A DNA stretch of 64,000 nt from Cyanophora paradoxa CCMP329 (lineage: Eukaryota > Plantae > Glaucophyta): contig QPMI01000569.1 in the NCBI GenBank assembly GCA_004431415.1, positions 186,001 to 250,000 of the forward strand. Direction: 5' to 3'. Positions 55,101 to 64,000 of this stretch are shown piece after piece. A program made the translations under genes and the position numbers. The notes beneath the pieces are model-generated. The model had not been told where the DNA came from. It did no database searches and worked only from the letters and a program-made list of their open reading frames with translations. Position 1 is the stretch's first letter, and each line of letters begins with the position of its first letter.

Positions 55101-58100
55101 GAGAAGCTTCGCGCTTTTGCTGGCGTGAGCGGGCAGCTTTCGAAGTATATTTCTCCTCTGCCGTGGCGTCAAGGTGGTCTCAACTGCCCGGATATTCGAG
55201 CTTTTTCGTTATCGCTGAAAATGAAGTGGGTGGCCTTGCTCGCTGACCCCTCTTGTTCGGCTCCTTGGAAGGAGTACCTCTTGAGCAAACTGGACGCTCA
55301 GCTGGCACCTTTTTCCTATGGCCCCGCCCTTGTCTCGCTCCGCCTCCCACTTGACAGACTTGACTTGCCTCCTATTTGGAAGCAGACTCTCTCCGAGTGG
55401 GCTCAGCGCCAGGGCGTGTGTCAACCTCGTAACTCTCCCGAAGTGTTATCCCAACCTCTTTTCTTCAATCCTCTGTTCAGTACTCCCGGCGACGAGGTCG
55501 ACTGGAGTCGCTGTGCACGGTCCGGCTTGCTGCGGGTCTGCGATATCTGGGATTGTGCTGCCCGGGGGTTCCGGGCTCCAGCAGCTGCTTCCTCCGCCCT
55601 CCACTCCTTTTTCCCTAGTCTGTGCTCTGCGCTCCCGGCTACTTGGCGCCAGGTTCTCGAGGCCCCTGCACCGCCGCCTCAGCATCTCTGGTGGTCCGGA
55701 CCGGACGCCTCGTTTGCTCTCCTTCGAGGCCCAAGTGGTACTTTTGTTGCCTTCCCCGTTCGCGATAACCAGATAATTCCACGGGTGCTGGACTACGTAC
55801 CGCGCGTTCCTTGCCGCCCTGCGGCTTCCCACCCTGTGGGCCTATCCTCGAGCTCCAATTCAATTCTGTCCCGTTTGCTCCCGCTGCATGTTTGCTTCAG
55901 CGCTGTCTTCCTCTCTCTTCGTCGTGGGACCCTGCCTGGCCTTTTTGTTCTTGGCGCAGGTCCTTCGGCCTTTCTTTCTCTTGATAATCTTGCGTTCACT
56001 TTCGCTCGTATGCTCCCTCTCCGCCTCTCCTCTGTTCGTCGCTTCTACTGCCTTGAGGTCCAGCGGCTTCGCGATGTGTCTAGCCACGCTCAGATGCCCG
56101 ATGCTAAGTGGGGGTTTCCCGGCGCCTTGTCTCCGTCCCGTCTTCCTAATCTTGTCGTCCTTCAGTGTTTCCCGATGCTTTGGATCGATGCTCTTTACCG
56201 TTTGCATTTCAAATTGTATCGTTTGGGCGAGCAACAGTCGCCCCGCCGTCGTTTCTGTCGGGTTTGTAATGACGGATCTGCTCGCTCTCACGCGCACGTT
56301 TTCTCTGAGTGCCCGCTTTCTCGTTCGTTCTGGGATTTCATTCGTGAGCGCCTGAATTTCTGGGCTTCTACTCTTCCACCGGATGAACGTGAAGAGGTCG
56401 CAGTGCCTGACCTCTCTCTCTTCCACATCCTCTCGGTTCCGGATTTATCTGGACCCATTTTGCGCAGTAAAGTTAACCCCGCCTTCTGCCTTCGCTCACT
56501 TGGAGCGATCCTTGCTGGCGTATTTTCCATCCAACAGGTTGCTCGCGCTCGGTGCGATCTTGAGGAGGCTGACATTGATGCACCTTCTTACAACCGCGCC
56601 GCGCTTGTTGCCGCCTGGGACAGAAATATGTCGTACCTCGAGTTCACCCTTCCGCAGGCTTCGGCTTTGTTGGAGGAGCGGCGCGCTCGCTTGGCTGCTG
56701 CTGACGCTGATGATCAGGCTGCCTCGGATGATGACGCACATGATTCAGAGTCTGGTACCGGTTCTCATCGTTCTAGTTCAAGCTCTGATTCTGACTCGTC
56801 CGGCGCTCCTTCTTCGGGCGGTGCTGACAACCTCGTCTCTTCGCGTGACATCGATTCTGTCCTCCGGAATCCTGCGGAGTTTGCCGTTCGTGGGAATGTC
56901 CCGTTGGGGATCCCTGGTGGTCGCCCGCCTCCTGCGCCGTCCCCTCCTGCTCTGGCCCCTGTAGTGACCCTTGGGCCCATTCCTATTCCTGCTCTCGCTG
57001 CCCCTCTCGACGCTCCTTTCCCCCATTCCCTGCGGTCCCGATCCCTGTGCTCCTTGGCCCTCTGGCCCCGCCTCTGCCTCCTCCCTCCTTACAACTTGCT
57101 GTCACGGGGCCTCTTCACTTGCCTGTTCCCCGGCAGGTCCCTGGTCATCTTGCAGCTCCATACCCCTTCTTACCTCTTCCCCTTGCTCCTCCACTTCCGC
57201 CCTGCGAGGCCCTCTTTCTGACGTCCTCCTGGTTCAGCCCCTCTTCAGCCCATCCTTCTTGCCCCGCTTCTGCAACTGTGACGCTGGGCGGCACTATCTT
57301 TTTGCATGCCCTCCCGCCTCTACGTCCCCGGTCTCTTTGCTTCTGCATCCACTTTCCCGGATCCGCTTGCAGGCCCCTCGCCTCCAGAGCTCGCCATCAC
57401 TTCGGCCTCCCTCGCCTCCGCTCTCGATTCTCCATACCCTTCGAATAGCCGCCTTCTCTCTCCTCCTCCGCCCTCCCTCCCCCCTCGAGCTCCGGGTCCT
57501 CGGCCTCTGCCCCGCTTCCGAGTGTTGGCGAGACTGTCCTCTTTTCGGTCTCCCCGTCATTCCGGCTCCCTGCTCCCCTTCGGCGCCTCGGGTCCCATAT
57601 GCGGGTCCTATCCCGCTTCCTGGCGCTCGTGAGATTCGCCGCCGGCGCCCTCGTCGGGCCCTTGCGCCCTCGAGCTCGTCTCTCTCTGCGCCGCCCATGG
57701 CCATGACCTCCGTGTCATCTGATCCGGCGCCACCCGACCTTTCTCCAGCTTCGCTGCCCTCTCTTCGGCGCCGGCAGCGATCCCCGTCACCTGCTCGCGG
57801 CCCTTCCCCTGCCTCCGACCCTTCCTCGGCCCCCTCCTCGCCTCTTCCGTCTCGTCGGCCCCCGCCGCATGCCCGTCGGCGGATCTCTCGATCGACCCTG
57901 GATTCTCCGCCTGCCACTGTCTGCGGGGTACCTCCGCCGCCGTGTTCGGCGCCGGCTGTCAGTACTTTGCTCGGTAGCTCCCCCGTCGTGGCTCCTCGGG
58001 GGCCTCTTCGTCGTCGTCGTTCGCTGGGTTCCGGCTCCGGGTCAGATTTCTCGCCGGGCTTACCTTCTCCTGGCTCTGCTCCTGGGCCCTCAGCTCCGGG

Positions 58101-58921
58101 ACCGGCTTCCCCGATCTCCTCCCGGACTCGTGGTCGTACCCGTCGCCGGCTTGCCGAGCCTGCGGCTCCTTCTACTTCCCCCGGCGGTTTGCCGGGCCGG
58201 ACCCTCCGGCCTTTGTTCTTGATACCGGACTGCCGCCTTTGCCTTCGTCTTCTGCTTCGCTGGTCGCGATCGTATCCCGCCGGCGCCGGCGTACTTCTTC
58301 GTCTTCTAGTTTAGTTCGGTCTGGTTCGGATTCTGATCGTAGTGTTGATGCTAGAGTTAGTTTCAATACTAGCTATAGTCCTCGTGCTCGACCTGTTGTT
58401 CGCCGTCGTTTGCTGTTCGATTGCCCGCCTCGACCCTGGCCGGCTTTAGTGATTCCTTTGACTGTCCTTTTGCCTGCTCTTGATCCGCCTGCTCCGCCTC
58501 CTGTGTCCTCCTCGACCTCGTGCCGTAGCTCTGCCCTTTCGCATCGTCCTGCTTCGCCTCCGCCTCCATGTCGTCTTGTTGTTCCTCTTACTTGTCTTCT
58601 TCCTGTTATTTATCTTTCTCAATTTTGTCCCCCGCTTCTTAGTGATGTAATTCCTTCTGATATTGATGGTATCTCTAGCTCTGGCTCTTCTTCGTGTCAG
58701 TTATCCTCTGTCCCTAGATCTGCTCGATTTATCGTCTCTTCTCGCTATCGATCTGTCTCGATCTCTGTGTCTTTCCTTTTTTATTGTCGATTTTGGCTCT
58801 TTGTCTTATCTTTCTTCGTGCTCTTGTCTTAGTTATTTTGCTTTTTTGTCTTTATGCCCCCTGGGCAGCCCCCGCAGTGCTGGTGTCTAGAGACTGTGGC
58901 CGGTAATTCACCAAAAAAAAA
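52189..58921 (+). mobile_element. Non-LTR retrotransposon (L1/Tx1-type LINE), 6.7 kb, probably 5'-truncated within ORF1
   Basis: 10-bp TSD TACACTATTG at 52179-52188 and 58922-58931; A9 tail; contains the APE-RT-zinc finger ORF2. Confidence 0.93.
52475..57221 (+). pseudogene. LINE ORF2 (APE endonuclease, reverse transcriptase, zf-RVT), broken by ~5 frameshifts
   Basis: FLSLNVAG, FLQETH, NVYAP, LGGDFN, RLDY, SDH; KSPGIDGLPAEFY, RPISLSN, QSGF, LDFSKAYDRV, GVRQG.PLSP, QFADD; CRVC...HVFSECP. Confidence 0.92.
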
Positions 58922-58931
58922 TACACTATTG

Positions 58932-61900
58932 CCTCACGGCTTTATGCCGTCAGGAGCCGGCACCCCGAGTCGCGCTACTCGCAGTGCTTGGCCTTAGTCT
59001 CCGCAGCGCTCGCATTGAGTGCGCCGATTGGACCCCCACTACTTTTCATGTACCCCTCCCGGGCTCACGCCCCGGGTGACACACTTGTACCCTGCACCTG
59101 TTCACGAGTCACGACACACCAGCTCTGCCCGCCTGCGCTGCCAGCTTGCCTACGCTGCGCAGCACGCACGAGCATGTTCAGCTGTACCGGAAACCTGGTC
59201 CTTCTGACCCTCGCCGGGCCTCGTCCAGCCCGCCGACCGCCAGCCGCTGCTAGGCGACGCCGGCCCGCTGGACGAAGTGACCCGCGGCTGGAAGAGCGCG
59301 TTATCGTCGGCTGGATCGCGAACTCGCTGCTGCTCGCTAGTTTCTCCGTCCCGCGTTGGACGCAGAACGTTGCCGCCCGCTCGTTTCTCCGTCCCGCGTT
59401 GGACGCAGAACGTGTCGGACGATGAGAAGACAGCGCGTCGCACTCGGCCCCTTCGCGAAAAGGCCCGATCGCCGCGTTCGTCCGCCCAGCGAATCTCCTC
59501 CCGTCACCGACCCCAACCGATCTCCCCCGGCGCCTCTCCGTGTTGGCAAGCTCCATCTCTTCAATTCACATCGTTTGAAGCCCCGTCACGTCGCCCCCCC
59601 CTGCGCGCGATCGCCTCGCAACATCCGATCGCACCTTGACCCCCGCCCTGTCCAGCCGCAGTCCGATCCTCCATGCCAGCCGCTGAGCTCGACCTTTCAC
59701 ATCACTGTTGTCGTCTGCACACGCGTGCCGTCGCCGCCGTCGCTGCCGATCGTTGCTGTCGGCATCGGAGGCGATCGGAAATCGACCGGACGCGCCCGTC
59801 ATCGACCAGACGCTCACGGGTCCTGTCAACCCGATCCCTTCGACGATCCGACCCGCCCTGCTGTCCGCTTCAGCGCCGCGCACGTCTCGGCCTTTCGAAG
59901 GGGGAGACTCTGCCGAAATTTTTGGCGGATTCAGCCCTGAGCCCACCGGCACCCGGTCGGCTCTTCGGACCCGCCCCTTCGTCGTCTCCCTCCGCTCCCG
60001 TCCCGCGCACGCCTCCGCCACGCAGCGGACGCGTGATCCTCGCCGGAGACTACCGACCACACCCGGCCTTCCCGCGAGGAAGCCCAGCCGGTGATCCACG
60101 TGCGGCCCCTCGAACCTGCCCCCTCGAGCTCCCGCCTCCGCCCTCTCCTTCCCCTGCCTCCGCCGCGCTGCGGAAGCTGGGAGACTCGCCGGAGACAGCG
60201 GATCATCGCTGGCCTTCCCGTGAGGAAGCCCAGCCGGTGATCCACATCATCGCTGGCCTTCCCGCGCGGAAGCCCAGCCGATGATCCACGTGCGGCCCCT
60301 TGAACTCCTGGCGAACAAGGCGCTCTCACGCGCGGCGCTCGTCATGCAAGGCTTCAACTACACGATCGAGTACAGGCCGGGCTCGACCAACGTTGTCGCC
60401 GACTTCGAGTCGCGCATGGCTCGTACGCATCCGATCTACGAGCCTGGGGCGGCGGACGGATCGGACCTCACTACCGACTTGCCCAATGGGGCTCACGGAC
60501 ACTCGGTACCCCGCAGCGGCGATCCCGACGACCCGACGGAGATCTACGGCACGCTCGTCCCCGTGACGACCGAGCCTACGACATCCATCGCGGCCGCCGG
60601 CCTCGACGGGCGGGCATGGGCACCTCCTGCACCTGGAACAAAGCGACGCCGACCAGTGACATTGGCCGAGCCACGTAGCTCGCGCAACTCACCGCCACAG
60701 CGCGCTCGCCGCAATCCAGAGGAGCAGGCGATGGACCCAAAGTCGATTTGCATTAGCACATCCGTACAACTAATGAAGTTGTCTACGTCGACCACAATCT
60801 CACTGAAAGCACTATCCAGGAAGAGAAAGTGAGGACTCTCGTGTGCTGTGCTCACAATCTACGTACTGGAGAAAGGGGACAACACAATCCTAATAAACAC
60901 TGCAAACAGAGAGCCGAAGCTAAGGCCAAGCTACCACAACCTCCCTAAGGACGCAGGAACTGAGCCTACGTATAGCAAGGGTGAAGACGAAGCGGCCGAG
61001 CCTAAACTATAGCCCTCCTCTGAGCAGTGCCCTAGAAAAGCGAAGACTCCAAAACTCCAGGGAAGGGCCGGAAACCGGAGCCCGTGAGGGCCCGGGTGAA
61101 AACCGGCGGGCGCACAGCATCGCCAGCCGAAACCAGCAAGCTGTGCTCCTCGGCACCGGAAGATACCGCCTCCAGCTGGGCACGCGCGCCTGCCCGAAGT
61201 CCGCTGCGGCGGGGGTTGGGAGGCCCCGGGCCGCCCGAGTGCTCAGAAGCACATCGCCTCGCCAGGAGTCCGAGTTTCTGTGCGGCGACGACGCCCGCGG
61301 TCGCTGCGTAGGCGTGCAATCACGCCACCGACGATTGCCTGCAGGGGCGCACGCAAGCCGTCGGCATGACGTGAGCGGCCGCTCGGCGCCGCAGAGAAGA
61401 CATCGGGCTGAGCGAGAGAGCAGTTGCTGAAGCCACCGCTGGTGGCCGCTGGAGTGGCTCGCCGAACCGACCCGCGCGGAGCGGATTCCCAACGGGCGCG
61501 CGGCTGATCAGCTAAAAGTGGGCTTGAAGTGCGGCCGAGGCGATTCGCGGCAGCCGGAGAGGCGCCCAGCGGGCAGGAGCCCGCTACCTACCTTCTCTCC
61601 AGGTCGGGGTACGCGAATACCGAGCAGGCGATGGACGATGCCGAGGACGTGACTTCAGAGGTGGATCCCGCGGAGTTCTCCGACGCTGACGACGAGGAAC
61701 TTTCGTCTGAGGAACAGCGGAGCTCGCCCTCGCGCGCCGAGGCCGATCTCCCTGGACGGGCGGGACATCACTCTGAGGAACAGCGGAGCTCGCCCGCGCA
61801 TGACAACACCACGCGCGACGGGACTCGCGACTCGGGAAACCATGGGAGGGGGAGGGGTACACTGCGCGGGCGACCTCGTGGACGACCTCGTGGACGACCT

Positions 61901-62908
61901 CGCGGCCGACCTCGCTTGCACCCTTCCCGAAACCGCCCCTCAGCCACCGAGCCTCGCAAGCCGGTGCTGCCCGACGCGGATCCGATCGGGAACCTTCTTC
62001 CGCCTCCCCAGCTCCCCGGCGGCATTCAGCATGAGATCGAGAGCTACTGGCAGCAGGAGGTGCAACGCCACCTCGACGGACGCCAGCACGAACCCGCTCT
62101 GCAGGAGCGCGACGGAGAGGCTGATCCACCGCTTTCGCCGAACAGCTCAGTCGGAGACCTGACGGACGCGACGGATGGAGAACCTGCTCAAGCGACTTCT
62201 CCCGCGCCCTCGGCGTCACCTGCCTTCGCGGGGCAGCAGGGCAACAAGCAGCCTCGACGCAGGGCGGAGGATCGCCATCGAGCTGCGAAGCAGGCCCAAC
62301 ATCGGTGGCTCAAACAACAAGCGCAACAGCGACACGAGGAGAACGTGCGCAACAACGCAGATCCTGACGGAGCCGAGGCGCGTCCTCGCCTCTCGAAGGA
62401 ACAGCGTAAGCAGCGCCGCGACACTCGTCGCCAAGAACTTGAGGCACAAGCACCACGTCCCCCGAACCTTATCCTCACGCGTGGTGCGGGGTCTCGCAAG
62501 GGTCGGTACGCCATCGCGCCCCCCAACGTGATGGACGTACTCGACGAGGCTCTCCTCCCGATACCGACTCCACCCGAGACGTTGGGCAACGAACGCGAAC
62601 TTCCACCTGCGGAGCCGCTTACGACAGACGGCGTCGCTCCGTTGGATGACCGTACCGGCGGGCGCAACGCTCCGAAGCCGGTCTACTTACCGCCAGAGAC
62701 CACTGTTGCCGACTGCTGGATGCAGGGGCCTCAGCCGCTGGTTGAAGTCCCTGTACCACCTGCTCTCCAGCCTCTGACGGTCGACGGAGCCTCTATGGTG
62801 GAAGATCAGAAGACAGATCCACTCTGTCAGATGATCATCGCGTTCAAGCTGCGGAAGGAGAACCTTGCTCGTTGCTACGGCCACACTCACGGCGCTGACG
62901 CCCTGAGT
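58932..62908 (+). mobile_element. Degenerate, internally deleted Ty3/Gypsy LTR retrotransposon (may begin at TGTAATAC 52085, split by the LINE)
   Basis: RNase H C-terminal motif MQGFNYTIEYRPGSTNVVADFESR at ~60344-60415; pre-integrase-like EDQKTDPLCQMII at ~62800-62840; no RT seen; local tandem duplications at 59341-59412 and 60064-60300. Confidence 0.65.
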
Positions 62909-62993
62909 ACACATATGTATAAACTTATTTAAATCCCTCCGCTTCGCGCTTCGCGCTTCGCTCCTGGATTTAAATAAGTTTATACATATGTGT
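62909..62993. repeat. Perfect 28-bp inverted repeat with a 29-nt loop CTCC(GCTTCGC)3TCCT
   Basis: ACACATATGTATAAACTTATTTAAATCC (62909-62936) and its exact reverse complement (62966-62993). Confidence 0.97.
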
Positions 62994-63302
62994 CAAAATT
63001 AATACTAAAATACGTATTTATCGATTAAATTCTTTAACTTTTTATGCAAACTTTGTATAAATTAATGCAAACTTTGTATTAAAAATGAAAAACGCGTTTA
63101 ATTTTATGCATATTTACGATTGAATCAATTGATCTTATATCGATTGATTATGTTCTTTGTCGATTACATATATAACTGCGATTAATTTGCATTAAACTAC
63201 TTAAAGATCGATATAATCGCGATTAAATTGCATAAATTCGCATAAACTCGATATATCTCTCTTGTATTGAAGTAGACCACCGCCCATTCTGTATCGAAAA
63301 AT

Positions 63303-63563
63303 GCAAAAAGTGTCACAGAGTTGCATTGTGTCCAATTGAACAATCGATGAGATTGCTGATGTACATTTTTGCACCGAAAAAGTGTCACAGAGTTGCATTA
63401 TCTCCAATTAAACAATCGATTAGATTGCGGGATTTTCTATTGGAATATATCGGAACTGCATGGTCTCCAATTAAACAATCGATGAGATTGCGGATGTATA
63501 TTTTAGATTGAAAAAAGTGTCACAGAGTTGCATGGTCTCCAATTGAACAATCGATTAGATTGC
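63303..63563. repeat. Imperfect ~55-80 bp tandem repeat x4
   Basis: Core AAAAAGTGTCACAGAGTTGCAT..T.TCCAATTRAACAATCGATKAGATTGC at 63304, 63377, 63457 (partial) and 63512. Confidence 0.92.
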
Positions 63564-64000
63564 ATATGTTCTATAAAACAGAATAATTGAGATCAAGTGT
63601 GACAGGTAGTATTCAAATGATATTCAGTAAGAGATAGTTTTGTTTTTGAGAAAGTCAGTAAGAGGGGTGGAATGTCTGTGACGCCTGTGACGGCTGTGAC
63701 GCCTGTTTTCAGAAGTCTGTCATTTTTGAAAATTTTAAAAAGTTTGAAAGTAGGTGTCACAGGCGTCACAGGCGTCACACTCAATTAAATTAGGTGTCAC
63801 AGCGAAATTGCAGACCATTTCCAGTAAGACAACTTCGCATTTTCAAAAAAGGTTGATTAATGGATAGTGTTTTGTAGGTGTCAGAGGTGTCACAAGACGG
63901 ATTTCAGTAAGACAAGAATATATTTTCGAAAATCTCAGTAAGAGAAAGAGATTCCATTTTTAATTGGGTGTGACGCCTGTGACGGCTGTGACGGCTGTTT

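Larger units (their letters stand above)
62909..64000. mobile_element. Left end of an AT-rich inserted element (possible endogenous virus, Polinton-like element or large DNA transposon); runs off the window
   Basis: Sharp GC drop that truncates the Gypsy ORF; terminal hairpin; arrays of short repeats; no diagnostic ORF within the window. Confidence 0.55.

Noticed and set aside
59196-59210. TGGTCCTTC as a tRNA primer-binding site for the Gypsy element
   Set aside because: The match is short and not preceded by a clear LTR CA end; it cannot be supported.
63303-63563. Possible CRISPR array
   Set aside because: The repeats are long and degenerate, the intervening segments resemble each other, there are no cas genes, and the context is eukaryotic.

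Overview
GC-rich, very intron-dense eukaryotic (protist or algal-type) nuclear DNA; most long ORFs in the supplied track are high-GC artefacts, and the real genes are split by ~55-80 nt introns, many with GC donors. From left to right: the 3' end of an unknown gene; a large DUF4062-NACHT-WD40 (TEP1/NWD-like STAND) gene on the minus strand; a ~5.5 kb nest of MITEs (hAT-type with 8-bp TSDs, TA-flanked, and one Harbinger-like) plus a decayed LINE 3' end; an Lsi2/ArsB-family permease; two hypothetical genes; a head-to-head SAAL1-like / FANCD2-like pair; a TmcB-like PAS membrane protein; a young 6.7 kb L1/Tx1-type LINE with TSD and poly(A); a rearranged Ty3/Gypsy remnant; and an abrupt switch to an AT-rich element that starts with a 28-bp-stem hairpin capped by (GCGAAGC)3. 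The main finding comes from aligning two old LINE fragments to the young LINE: they differ mostly by tiny direct-inverted-direct triplications (X to X-X'-X, e.g. ACA to ACA-TGT-ACA). This points to a palindrome-building insertion process that also explains the palindrome-packed texture of much non-coding DNA here. Gene boundaries were read by eye and are approximate.
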